Shown here: in pieces, positions 18,110-27,692 of the stretch | Layout of the letters: every line of letters starts with the position of its first letter | Numbering within the stretch: position 1 is the first letter of the stretch | Notes under the pieces: model-generated | What the model was told of the DNA's origin: nothing | Seen by the model: the letters and a program-made list of their open reading frames with translations, nothing else | The model's database searches: none | Program-made: the position numbers and the translations under genes | NCBI GenBank assembly: GCA_028289135.1 | Contig: JAQGGW010000008.1 | Span: 98,385-162,384 of the forward strand | Origin: Candidatus Saccharimonadota bacterium | Lineage (GTDB): Bacteria; Patescibacteriota; Saccharimonadia; Saccharimonadales; JACDBH01 | Length of the DNA stretch: 64,000 nt | Direction of reading: 5' to 3'

Positions 18110-18961
18110 CTAATCCGCAAATAAACGCCGGCAGGTTTCTTGGAAGTAGCTTAAGAATTTTATATATTCATGGCTTCCGTTGTATTCGTATGCTACAAAT
18201 TCTAGCGCCAGATTGCCTTTAAGGCCTTGCAGGTGCGCTTTTGCAAAAAGTTTTACAAGAATATCAAAGCCTTGTTTGGCGCTTTCTTTATCGGACAGCG
18301 GCTGCCTGCTTCTTACCTGCATAATGCCCGTGCTTACGCCTCTCTTGGGGTGGGATGATATATAACGCCGCTCTGCCCAGCGGACAGCGCGCGGCCGTGC
18401 GACATCCTCTACGACCATAAAACTCAGCAACAGAGGCCGTAGGGCCGTAGGGTAGTTAGTGAATAGCTTCTCGTAGGTGGCTTTTAATCTTTTAGCTCGT
18501 TTTTCTGCCCAGGACACATAATGTTTATCGTACTTTCTAGTTCGGTATTTCTCCGCAAACAACAACAGTGAAAGTCCAAACACAACTACAAAAACGCGTA
18601 AGGGCAGGGCAAGAAACGGTGCGTAACAGGGCAACACAATTCCTGCCAGGAAAGTTTTAATAATCAGCTCCGACCGTTCCATTACGAACATCATAAACAC
18701 ATAGCAAAGATAAAGGGTTGTTACAGTAGCCGCAAACAAAACCAAATAAGAGCTAGGAACTTTAGCGCCAAGCAAAAGATTGTATGCAGCCAAAGCAATT
18801 ACTACGGTATTAGCAGAGGTCAGCCGGTCTTTAAATGGGAAAAAGTCAGTCACTTTTCCTGGCTCTAAATGGTGTTTTTTAAGGAGTATAAACGAACACA
18901 GGGTTGCTATAATCAATCCTGTAATAACGCCCAGTCCAATCAAGAATATAAGGTGGTCCAA
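18110..18961 (-). CDS. Multi-TM protein with C-terminal lysozyme/lytic-transglycosylase-like motifs
   Basis: About 5 TMs, then MVVED...STGIMQV...AYEYNG; start uncertain (TTG 18961 or 18982). Confidence 0.55.
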   Translation of the reverse strand: MDHLIFLIGLGVITGLIIATLCSFILLKKHHLEPGKVTDFFPFKDRLTSANTVVIALAAYNLLLGAKVPSSYLVLFAATVTTLYLCYVFMMFVMERSELIIKTFLAGIVLPCYAPFLALPLRVFVVVFGLSLLLFAEKYRTRKYDKHYVSWAEKRAKRLKATYEKLFTNYPTALRPLLLSFMVVEDVARPRAVRWAERRYISSHPKRGVSTGIMQVRSRQPLSDKESAKQGFDILVKLFAKAHLQGLKGNLALEFVAYEYNGSHEYIKFLSYFQETCRRLFAD

Positions 18962-18967
18962 GTACCT

Positions 18968-19795
18968 ATGAGTATACTTCAACCAAAGCTTAAGAGTAAT
19001 AAAATTACTGGCTCTGACGTGCTCTTAAATAACTGGGACGTCGGCTACAAAGTAACGGACGAATCGGGCAAGCTTATCCGCTCCAAAAATCCGCATAAGA
19101 GCTACGAAAGCTCAAGCACGCTTAAGACTGCCCTAATGCATCTGTTCTTGAATAAAGTCAGCCAAAATGAGCTTGGTCTAGACCACGTATTCAGCATTAA
19201 AGACAGCCAGCGCTCAAACGGCTCGGGGATTGTTAACTGGACAGACTGGAACTCCTTGCCGTTGCATGCCGTGATTGAGCTAACGTGCGTTTATAGCGAC
19301 TGCACCACAACCAATATGATAATCGACTACCTTGGCGGCCAACAGATGGTTAACGAGCTTTTTAAGAATAGTGGCTATAAATATACCAAGCTAAACCAAC
19401 CGAGCCTGATGTTTGACGAATCAAAGCCCCGGATGGAAAGCGTTGGCACAACCACTCCGGATGAAGCTTCAAAGTGGTTACGTATGCTGCTTGAAGATTT
19501 TTCGATTAGTCCTGAAATTAAACAGCACTTTATAACCAGTACCCAGTCAATCCATACGCCATGGCTGGATTTGGGCGCGGAACACCACCCTCTTATTAAA
19601 ACTGGGTCGATGATAGACATTGGGCCGGCAGGCACCAGTGTTTTTAACGCCAACGGTCGCGTAAGCACAGGCAAGGGGTTATTATTCTTTGCCTTCTTTT
19701 CCAGGGGCGATTTAAGGGGCCAAGCAGTCTATGCACCCGAGGAAGCCAAGCGCCTTATCTCCAAATATATCCAAGATACCGTATTAAAAATCTAG
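18968..19795 (+). CDS. Serine hydrolase, class A beta-lactamase fold
   Basis: SxxK (STLK), SDC in place of SDN, TTP, KTG; start set at ATG 18968; no signal peptide. Confidence 0.8.
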   Translation: MSILQPKLKSNKITGSDVLLNNWDVGYKVTDESGKLIRSKNPHKSYESSSTLKTALMHLFLNKVSQNELGLDHVFSIKDSQRSNGSGIVNWTDWNSLPLHAVIELTCVYSDCTTTNMIIDYLGGQQMVNELFKNSGYKYTKLNQPSLMFDESKPRMESVGTTTPDEASKWLRMLLEDFSISPEIKQHFITSTQSIHTPWLDLGAEHHPLIKTGSMIDIGPAGTSVFNANGRVSTGKGLLFFAFFSRGDLRGQAVYAPEEAKRLISKYIQDTVLKI

Positions 19796-19801
19796 CGCAC
19801 C

Positions 19802-21892
19802 TTAGTGCAGCCGTATCTCGACTTCGCCGTCTTCGTTCACAATCGGAACATTAAGAGTTGAGACGGGCATATTGATGGGTTTTGCCTGGGCTTCTTCTTG
19901 CTTATGGGCTGCCAAATAAGTCATAAACTTATCCATGGCCAAGCGGTCGACGTTTAATTTGTCTAGCTCCATGTCTTTTTTGGCCTTTTCCTGGTCGATT
20001 CCTTCAAGCACGCCCAGGTAGTAGTCCAGGCCGCCAAGTTCTTTGACGTCTTTTAGCGTACCGCTGTCGAGCACATAAATTGTATCCATAAGGCTCAAAA
20101 GGGCTTTACGGTGGGTTACCATGACGGTTGTCTTGCCCTGGATCATTTTGCTAAGTGAGTCGCGTATATAGTTCTCGCTTTTTACGTCCAGAGCCGCTGT
20201 GGGCTCGTCTAAGCAAAGTATTGGCGCGTTCTTGATAAGTGAGCGGGCAATGGCAATACGTTGCTTCTGGCCGCCGCTGAGGCTAGAGCCGTTCTCGCCA
20301 GCGGGTGATGTTATGCCAAGGGGCAGTTTAAGGGCAAACTCTGCGACGTTTGAGACAAAAACGGCATTAGAGATCTCTTCGTTCGAAATTGACCGGTATG
20401 GGTCGCCGTCTAGTAGGTTGTCCAAAATTGTGCCGCTAAACAGCTGCGGGTTCTGGCTGACCCAGGCAATCCGCTGCCGCAACTCTTTTAGTGACACCGA
20501 TTGGATGTCGATGCCGTCCATCAAAATCCGGCCGCTGGCAGGCTCAATAAACAGGGCAATAAGCTTTAAAATAGTACTTTTGCCGGCGCCGCTCGGCCCG
20601 ATGATGCCAATCTTTTCACCTTGGTTAATGTGCAGGTTTAAGTTTTGGAAAATAACCTGGTGGTTGTACGAATAAGAAACGTTCTGGAAGTCCAAGATAC
20701 CGCGGATGGTTGGCGGAATGTGGTTGTCTTTGCGCAAATCCTCTACTCCTTCATGGTCGCTCAAAACTTCGTAGATTCGGTTAACATCTATCAGCTTTTG
20801 GTTGCGTGAGGTAATCTGTTTTACCAGGTTTTCGATCGGCCCAAGCAAATAGCCCATGTAGGTCATAAATATCAACAGCTGCCCAAAGGTCATCTTGCCC
20901 TGCAGCGCAGCGGTGCCGCCAAAGTACATCACCGTCGATGTCGCCAAAATAGTCAAAAATCCATTGGTATTACTAAGCAGGTTGCCCCAAAGCATGCTTC
21001 TTTTTGTTAAAAAATAGCCTCTTTGCCACAGCTTGTCGACGTTTGCCAGCTGCTTGTCCTCAAGGGTATAGGCCTGGACGGTCTCGGCGTTGTCGATCGA
21101 CTCGTTAATGCGCGATGACGTCTCAGAAGCGACTTCTGTCAGCGCCCGTGAATATTTGCCCATTTTAGGCCCAAAAATACGCATTGTCAGGTACAGCAGC
21201 GGCATCAGCACAACAGAGACAAGAGTCAGTTTTGGGTTAAATTTAAGCATAATAATCAGCACCCCGATAATCATCAAAATTGAGCCGATTATCGAGGAAG
21301 TCGTCCCAAGTACCAGGTCCGAAAGGCTGTTCGTGACGACGTTTTGCCGGTAAACATAGTCGCCCTTGGCCAGCCGCTCCTGGTGGAACAGCGGCAGGTG
21401 CAAAATGTGCCGGAGCGACTCAATCTTAATACTGCGGTTTAGCCAAAAGCCCACTTTAAGGAGTAAAAACGAGCTAAAAAAGTCAAAAGTCGAGCCAATA
21501 ATAAACAGCCCAATCGTCATAAGGGAAGTAAGGAGGATCAGGGTAGGGGTGTGCGTATAAGGGGCAAGCGGACCCGGGGCGGGGATCCTGCCAAAAGCGG
21601 AGTCGGCCAAGATCTTAGTCGGCCACGGCTTCATAAGCGCAACGCCGGCTTGGATGGTACCAATAAACACCACCAGCACAACTGCGCCGCGGGCTTTTTT
21701 GCGGTAGCGGGCAACCCAGTCCTTAAAAGCGGTGGTTTTGGTTTGGCGGCCGTAGGTCTTTAGCCAGGCTTCAAGCGCCTGCCTGACAAGTTCGGGCGGC
21801 CACCCCTGGCGCACCAATGCGTCGCCAATTAAATTAACAGGTACGCCGTTCGCTACTGCCTGTTCAATAGCGTCGTACAGTTTAGGCATCAT
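19802..21892 (-). CDS. ABC exporter, fused permease/ATPase
   Basis: TM domain, GPSGAGKS, LSGGQKQR, LDEPT. Confidence 0.93.
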   Translation of the reverse strand: MMPKLYDAIEQAVANGVPVNLIGDALVRQGWPPELVRQALEAWLKTYGRQTKTTAFKDWVARYRKKARGAVVLVVFIGTIQAGVALMKPWPTKILADSAFGRIPAPGPLAPYTHTPTLILLTSLMTIGLFIIGSTFDFFSSFLLLKVGFWLNRSIKIESLRHILHLPLFHQERLAKGDYVYRQNVVTNSLSDLVLGTTSSIIGSILMIIGVLIIMLKFNPKLTLVSVVLMPLLYLTMRIFGPKMGKYSRALTEVASETSSRINESIDNAETVQAYTLEDKQLANVDKLWQRGYFLTKRSMLWGNLLSNTNGFLTILATSTVMYFGGTAALQGKMTFGQLLIFMTYMGYLLGPIENLVKQITSRNQKLIDVNRIYEVLSDHEGVEDLRKDNHIPPTIRGILDFQNVSYSYNHQVIFQNLNLHINQGEKIGIIGPSGAGKSTILKLIALFIEPASGRILMDGIDIQSVSLKELRQRIAWVSQNPQLFSGTILDNLLDGDPYRSISNEEISNAVFVSNVAEFALKLPLGITSPAGENGSSLSGGQKQRIAIARSLIKNAPILCLDEPTAALDVKSENYIRDSLSKMIQGKTTVMVTHRKALLSLMDTIYVLDSGTLKDVKELGGLDYYLGVLEGIDQEKAKKDMELDKLNVDRLAMDKFMTYLAAHKQEEAQAKPINMPVSTLNVPIVNEDGEVEIRLH

Positions 21893-22027
21893 AACGTTAT
21901 TTTTTCCCTCTTTCTATGTCTATGCTTAAGCTTAACAGAGGCTAATTGTTATCGCAAAAGACAGATTTTGAGAGAACGGTACCAATGCCGAAACGTTTAG
22001 AGCGCTTGGGTGACACAAGTATCGAAC

Positions 22028-22873
22028 TTAAGAAGCAATAGACCGGAATGAGTGACCTATGCCGCTTTGATAAACGGGCATAATTTTTTCTGTTACTCTG
22101 TCCCTTATTGCTTCGGATTCTCGGCTAGGGATTACTCTAGAGTTACCCCCATTGATTGAAATGGCGTCCGTAGATTCTTTTATTAATTGTAGCAAATCAA
22201 GCCTTTTGCCTGCGGCAAGCTCGTCCGCGTCAAGTTCACCGGGGAACATAAATGTTTCTGGATCAGTAACTACCGGGTGCTGGGCATCTTTGCGTCTGAG
22301 GGCAATATTTCGTGGAGCCATATCCCCATGTATTACATCGCTGCCATGTAACGCTGCTAATGCTGAAGCAGAAGCAGACAACATGAGATCTACATCAATC
22401 TCGTATCCTTCAGGAGCCATACCGCGGTAACGCCGTTCCAGGTCAAAGAGCTCATCATCATAACGGGTTGCCATAAGGACACCTCTGCCAAAATTAGCTA
22501 TCATGACAGGCTCCAAAGTGTTTAAACCAGATCGTTTAGCCATATCATAAGCGCCTACTTCACGACGCCAATTCTGGGGTCCATTATTCGGGTTGTATGT
22601 TTTTATAGCAACAGGAAAAGGCCGAGCACTGCCTATGGCCAAATCGGCAAAATATATTTGATGTCTAGAGTCAATCTGTGGGGGCAGGTCAGGGTTCAAA
22701 GACACGCTGAATTCAGTTGCACCAGCGTGAGCAGGTAGTAAAACGTGTTTAGGGGGAATAATAAGCCCGTTAACTGCCGCCAACGGGTTTTCGGCACCAC
22801 TCAGATCTAGACCTTCAGTTATAACTCTGAAGTCTTCTGAAGAGGGCTCTCTTTGAGCTACCATTGTTGACAT
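22028..22873 (-). CDS. Protein kinase-like fold protein
   Basis: VAIK, downstream RE, IHGDMAPRNI catalytic loop, DPE. Confidence 0.75.
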   Translation of the reverse strand: MSTMVAQREPSSEDFRVITEGLDLSGAENPLAAVNGLIIPPKHVLLPAHAGATEFSVSLNPDLPPQIDSRHQIYFADLAIGSARPFPVAIKTYNPNNGPQNWRREVGAYDMAKRSGLNTLEPVMIANFGRGVLMATRYDDELFDLERRYRGMAPEGYEIDVDLMLSASASALAALHGSDVIHGDMAPRNIALRRKDAQHPVVTDPETFMFPGELDADELAAGKRLDLLQLIKESTDAISINGGNSRVIPSRESEAIRDRVTEKIMPVYQSGIGHSFRSIAS

Positions 22874-22938
22874 GAAGCTATAATATCACAAATAAGCAAA
22901 AATGTAAAGCATAAGCGCGAGATTTTTTGGAATTTGTA

Positions 22939-23916
22939 TCAACTCTGGGTTTGGGCGTAGGTACCGGTTTCGCTGTTTCGGTCCATGTAGTTGGTGTACC
23001 AGCTGTAGTTGGTGCCTAGCAGTTTGGTGGCTAGCTCGATGCCTAGGTCGGCGGTTTTACCTTCGTCGTCGTTTACGGGGTTATATTCCACGACATCGAT
23101 GCCAACGACATTACAGTTTTTGCCAATATATTCGGTGATGGCGGCAATTTCGCGGTAGGTGTAGCCGCCGCGGCTCGGGATGCCGACACCTGGGGCGTAG
23201 GTGACATCAATGCAGTCTAGGTCCAGGCTGACCCAGATGTTGGGGACTCTTTTTTGGAGGTCGTCGATCATGGCAATCAGGGGTGCCAGGCCGTCTTTGA
23301 GGAAGTCGAACATGGTAAAACAGGCTAGGTTTTCGCGCGCAATCAGGTCAATCTCGGCTTGGTCAAAGTCGCTACCGCCGGCGTGGAGGAGGTTTTCTTT
23401 CTTAAGTTTGGCGCCTTGGCCGTAAACGTCTATAAGTTCGTCGCCGCCAAAGCCCATAAGGGAAGCGACGTGCATACCGTGGATGTTATGGCTAATGCTG
23501 ACATCGGGCGTGTTCATATCGCCGTGAGCGTCTAAGTAGATCAGGCCAATCTGGTCCGTGCCGCCAACTGCTGCTGCCGCGCCCGAAAAAGCACCGAGGT
23601 TAATTGAATGGTCTCCTCCAATAATTACCGGTCTTTTGCCATTCTTTATCGATTCATCAACCATTTTCGCGGCTTGTTCGTTTATCCGCACAATTTCGGC
23701 GGCATATGGCTTGAGCGGATCGCCAGGTTCAAGCTGGGAACGGTCAGTGCAGGGCAGGTCGCCCATATCTTCCACGGATAATCCAGCGTGCTGGAACTTC
23801 TCAACAATTTTACGTTTGCGAAAGGCGCTTGGGCCAATGTCCACCCCAAGTGACTCAGCGCCAAGATCAAGGGGGATGCCGATTAAAGTTACGTCGTTAG
23901 AAGGAGTTTGATTCAT
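22939..23916 (-). CDS. rocF: Arginase
   Basis: GVDIGP, GGDHS, DAHGD.NTP, HGM, SLDLD, APGVG, VEYNP; start at ATG 23916. Confidence 0.9.
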   Translation of the reverse strand: MNQTPSNDVTLIGIPLDLGAESLGVDIGPSAFRKRKIVEKFQHAGLSVEDMGDLPCTDRSQLEPGDPLKPYAAEIVRINEQAAKMVDESIKNGKRPVIIGGDHSINLGAFSGAAAAVGGTDQIGLIYLDAHGDMNTPDVSISHNIHGMHVASLMGFGGDELIDVYGQGAKLKKENLLHAGGSDFDQAEIDLIARENLACFTMFDFLKDGLAPLIAMIDDLQKRVPNIWVSLDLDCIDVTYAPGVGIPSRGGYTYREIAAITEYIGKNCNVVGIDVVEYNPVNDDEGKTADLGIELATKLLGTNYSWYTNYMDRNSETGTYAQTQS

Positions 23917-24018
23917 ACTTAAAATTGTAGCATGGCAGTGATCTTGAAATCTTAAACATTGATTAATACAGGTTTTTAGAGCTGGTACAATAGTTATCAG
24001 TAAATCAAGGAGGGTTCG

Positions 24019-25365
24019 ATGACTGACTTTGCCGGAATCTTTAAAGCTTATGATGTGCGTGGAAAAGTGGGGACGGACCTTACCCCAGAATCTGTTGAGA
24101 TAATTGGGCGGGCGTATGGTGACTGGCTGCCAACGGATGGTGCGGTGGCTGTGGGCCGGGATATGCGCCCAGACAGTGCGGCGCTGGCGGCTGGCGTTAT
24201 TGCCGGGCTTAAAAAACAGGGCAGGGACGTTATTGATATCGGTGAAGTTACTAGCGACATGATCTATTTTGCAGTTGGGCACCTAAACCTTGCCGGTGGG
24301 GCAATGGTAACGGCCAGCCACAACCCAGGTGAGTACAACGGTATTAAGTTTTGCCGCGAAGAAGCTAAGCCAATTGGCGAAGAGTCAGGTCTGTACGAAA
24401 TCCGTGATGCGGCTATTGCGGGGACGTTTGCCGACAAGGCAGAGGGCAGCTCAAAAGAACAGGACATTGTTGAAGACTGGATCCAGCATGTTTTAAGCTT
24501 TATTAACGCCGCGGAACTCAAGCCAATTAAGCTGGCGGTGGACGCGGGCAATGGCATGGGCGGCAAGATTTTCCCTGAGCTGGAGCCATATGTGCCCTGG
24601 GAAGTTACCGAGCTTTATTTTGAGCTGGATGGGACATTTCCTAACCACATTGCCAACCCGTTGGAGCCTAAAAACTTAGTGGATCTCCAAAAATGCATTA
24701 AAGACACTGGTTCAGACGCTGGTATTGCTTTTGACGGTGATGGCGATCGGGCAGTGTTGATTGATGAAAATGGAGTAGCTTTAAGCGGTACAGTATTAAC
24801 AGCCATCTTGGCACGTCACTTTTTGAAAGATAACCCAGGCGCCACAATTTTGTGCAACGCCATCTGTGGACGGGCAGCTGCCAAGGCTGTTGAAGCGGCC
24901 GGCGGCAAGGTGCAGCGGACACGCGTTGGGCATTCGTTTATAAAAGGCGACATGCGCAAATACAATGCGGTTTTTGCGGGCGAACACAGCGGGCATTATT
25001 ATTTTAAGAACAACTTTATGGCTGATTCTGGGCTAATTGCGGCCGTTATTGGACTGTATGTTGCAAGCTTAAGTGGTAAAACACTTTCTGAGCTAGCAGA
25101 AGAATTCCGCAACCTGTATTTTGCGATTCCAGAGACAAACTTTGAAGTTGCCGACAAAATGGCGATGCAGAAAAAGATTGCTGAGGCGTTTAAAGACGGG
25201 GAACAAGACTGGCTCGATGGCCTGACGGTAAATTATCCTGGCGGCTGGTTTAATGTCCGACCAAGCAATACCGAGCCTTTGCTGCGCCTAAATGCCGAGT
25301 GGAACAGCCAGGCCGAGCTTGATAGCATTGTCGAAAAAGTCCAAGGCTTGATCGCTTCAGCTTAA
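24019..25365 (+). CDS. manB: Phosphomannomutase/phosphoglucomutase
   Basis: FKAYDVRG, TASHNP, DGDGDR, GEHSGH, RPSNTEP. Confidence 0.92.
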   Translation: MTDFAGIFKAYDVRGKVGTDLTPESVEIIGRAYGDWLPTDGAVAVGRDMRPDSAALAAGVIAGLKKQGRDVIDIGEVTSDMIYFAVGHLNLAGGAMVTASHNPGEYNGIKFCREEAKPIGEESGLYEIRDAAIAGTFADKAEGSSKEQDIVEDWIQHVLSFINAAELKPIKLAVDAGNGMGGKIFPELEPYVPWEVTELYFELDGTFPNHIANPLEPKNLVDLQKCIKDTGSDAGIAFDGDGDRAVLIDENGVALSGTVLTAILARHFLKDNPGATILCNAICGRAAAKAVEAAGGKVQRTRVGHSFIKGDMRKYNAVFAGEHSGHYYFKNNFMADSGLIAAVIGLYVASLSGKTLSELAEEFRNLYFAIPETNFEVADKMAMQKKIAEAFKDGEQDWLDGLTVNYPGGWFNVRPSNTEPLLRLNAEWNSQAELDSIVEKVQGLIASA

Positions 25366-25386
25366 GCCAGGGTCTTGACGAAGTTA

Positions 25387-25413
25387 TTGGCACTCGTATA
25401 TAGTGAGTGCTAG
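25387..25413 (+). promoter_or_regulatory. CIRCE element (HrcA operator)
   Basis: TTGGCACTC-N9-GAGTGCTAG versus consensus TTAGCACTC-N9-GAGTGCTAA, upstream of groES. Confidence 0.9.
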
Positions 25414-25464
25414 AAATTGGAGGCGTTTACGAGGGTCTCCAATTATCTTAAACGGAGGTTGATT

Positions 25465-25731
25465 ATGAGTGTACCCATTACTCCACTTGCTGACTATGTG
25501 GTGGCAGTTGCCGAAGTTGCGGCTAGCAAAACTATGAGTGGGCTTTATTTGCCGGAAGCGGCCAAAGAAAAGCCAAAAATAGCCAAGATTGTCGCTGTTG
25601 GCAAAGCCGTGCAGGAGCTTAAGCTTAACGACCGGATTATTTATAAAACCTATAGCCCCACCGAAGTAAAGGTTGGGTCTGTTGAGTACATTTTAGTAAA
25701 AGAAGAAGACGTCTTGGCGACGGTAAAGTAA
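25465..25731 (+). CDS. groES: Co-chaperonin GroES
   Basis: PLADYVV...SGLYLP..AKEKP...EEDVLA; GGAGG SD before ATG 25465. Confidence 0.95.
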   Translation: MSVPITPLADYVVAVAEVAASKTMSGLYLPEAAKEKPKIAKIVAVGKAVQELKLNDRIIYKTYSPTEVKVGSVEYILVKEEDVLATVK

Positions 25732-25892
25732 TGATAGCTAACATTTTTTTGGGTGTTTTGCTGATTATTCTTGGAATAATTTCACGAATCAAAACAAAGC
25801 GGTTCACGGTACTTAATATAATTTTATTGGTTTTAGGTATCGTAATAACTGTTGCAGGAACGATATTTATTAGTATGTTTGATATTTCGTAA
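25731..25892 (+). CDS. 53-aa two-TM microprotein inside groESL (not in ORF track)
   Basis: TAATG overlap with the groES stop; MIANIFLGVLLIILGIISRIKTKRFTVLNIILLVLGIVITVAGTIFISMFDIS. Confidence 0.65.
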   Translation: MIANIFLGVLLIILGIISRIKTKRFTVLNIILLVLGIVITVAGTIFISMFDIS

Positions 25893-25914
25893 CATCCATT
25901 TTAAGGAGTAAATT

Positions 25915-27561
25915 ATGGCAAAAAAAGTATTTTATGATGATGACGCCCGCCGCAGAGTGCTAGAAGGCGCGCGGATGCTCTATGAAGCAGTAAAAACAAC
26001 TATGGGGCCAAAGGGCCGCAATGTAGTGATCGGTAAAAGCTACGGCAACCCAACAGTAACGCACGACGGTGTAACTGTGGCAAAGGCCATTGATTTGCCG
26101 GAAGACGAAGAGACTTTGGGATACAAAGTGGGCGCCGAGCTGATTAAACAGGCTGCCAACAAGATGAACGACGTTGCAGGGGACGGCACCACGACCGTAA
26201 CTGTTTTGACGTATCACATCTTAAACGAAGCCAATAAGCTGATTGCAGCTGGGCACAACCCTATGCTGCTTAGAAAAGGGCTCGAAGCAGCTGCTGCCGA
26301 CGCCATTAAGGCGTTGAACGGTATGAGCGAGGATATTACCGGCAAAAAGAACCGCGTGGCCGAAGTGGCTACTATCTCCGCTGGGGACGCGGAAATTGGC
26401 CAGTTGATTGCAAATGTTATCGACAAAGTTGGCAAAGACGGCGTTGTAACTGTCGAAGAAGGCCAGGGTTTGGCGCTAGAAAGCGAAGTGGTCGAAGGCT
26501 TTACGTTTGACCGCGGATTCTTAAGCGCCTATATGGTAACGGACTCAACACGCATGGAAGCAATTTATGACAAAGTGGCTATTTTAATTACCGACAAGAA
26601 AATTAGCTCTGTCCAGGAGATTTTGCCAGTTCTTGAAAAGCTGGCTGCCGTAGGCAAAAAAGATCTAATGATCATTGCCGAGGATATTGAAGGTGAAGCT
26701 CTTGCTACTTTGATTCTTAACCGCCTAAAAGGCGTATTTAACACCATCGCCATCAAAGCTCCATCTTTTGGCGACAGACGCCGCGATATACTGGAAGACA
26801 TCGCAATTTTGACTGGTGGTACGGTAATATCCGAAGAGCAGGGCGTATCGTTTGATGACGTTGAGCTCGGCATGCTTGGGACTGCACGTAAGGTAATCGT
26901 AACCAAGGACGAAACGACCATAATAGAAGGCGCTGGAACTGCAAGCGGTATTAAAAAGCGCATTACCCAGATCAGCGGACAGGCAAGTGCGGCCAAGTCG
27001 GACTACGACCGCGAACAATTAGAAAACCGCCGGGCGGCATTAAGCGGCAAAGTTGCCGTTATTAAAGTCGGCGGTGCAACCGAGACAGAAATTGAAGAAA
27101 AGAAGTTCCGCGTAGACGACGCCGTTGCTGCCGTAAAAGCCGCTTTAAGCGAGGGAATTGTAGCGGGCGGAGGCGTGACGCTAATTAACCTTGGCTCTGG
27201 CCTAAATACCGACGACGATGACACCTCTGTTGCCGCTGGCAAAACTATTCTTAAAAACACACTTGAACAGCCATTCCGTATCTTGCTTTCCAATGCTGGC
27301 CTCAATGCTGATGAGTGGCTTCCGCTGGTAAAAAAGGGCAAGCCAGGGCAGGGTGTAAACGTAAATGATCCAAGCAAACTTGTTGATCTTAAATCTGCCG
27401 GTGTTATTGATCCAGTTCGAGTTACTAAGGAAGCCCTACAAAATGCCGTATCAATTGCCGGAACGGCCATGACTATGGGCGCGTTAATTGTAGACGTCCC
27501 CGAATCTAAATCCGCTATCCAAGACATGTCTGGCATGGGCAGCGGCATGATGGGGATGTAG
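25915..27561 (+). CDS. groEL: Chaperonin GroEL
   Basis: GPKGRNV, GDGTTT, GIVAGGG, GM-rich tail. Confidence 0.98.
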   Translation: MAKKVFYDDDARRRVLEGARMLYEAVKTTMGPKGRNVVIGKSYGNPTVTHDGVTVAKAIDLPEDEETLGYKVGAELIKQAANKMNDVAGDGTTTVTVLTYHILNEANKLIAAGHNPMLLRKGLEAAAADAIKALNGMSEDITGKKNRVAEVATISAGDAEIGQLIANVIDKVGKDGVVTVEEGQGLALESEVVEGFTFDRGFLSAYMVTDSTRMEAIYDKVAILITDKKISSVQEILPVLEKLAAVGKKDLMIIAEDIEGEALATLILNRLKGVFNTIAIKAPSFGDRRRDILEDIAILTGGTVISEEQGVSFDDVELGMLGTARKVIVTKDETTIIEGAGTASGIKKRITQISGQASAAKSDYDREQLENRRAALSGKVAVIKVGGATETEIEEKKFRVDDAVAAVKAALSEGIVAGGGVTLINLGSGLNTDDDDTSVAAGKTILKNTLEQPFRILLSNAGLNADEWLPLVKKGKPGQGVNVNDPSKLVDLKSAGVIDPVRVTKEALQNAVSIAGTAMTMGALIVDVPESKSAIQDMSGMGSGMMGM

Positions 27562-27566
27562 GCCAT

Positions 27567-27692
27567 ATGCTGTGTCCTCAAACAAAATCAGGTAAACACG
27601 AATGGCATGTGATGCAGGTTAGTGAAGACGAAACACAGAGTCAGACTTTTTGTAAATTATGTGGAATTCAGTACAGTAAAAAAAATACCTAG
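27567..27692 (+). CDS. 41-aa zinc-finger-like microprotein (not in ORF track)
   Basis: MLCPQTKSGKHEW...FCKLCG: C-H-CxxC arrangement, 5 nt after groEL. Confidence 0.5.
   Translation: MLCPQTKSGKHEWHVMQVSEDETQSQTFCKLCGIQYSKKNT

Noticed and set aside
18869..18967. N-terminal extension of the serine hydrolase
   Set aside because: Overlaps the divergent membrane gene and is not a signal peptide; ATG 18968 is more plausible.
23917..24282. 122-aa N-terminal extension of arginase in the ORF track
   Set aside because: Antisense to manB; a -10 box precedes ATG 23916, where arginase similarity begins.
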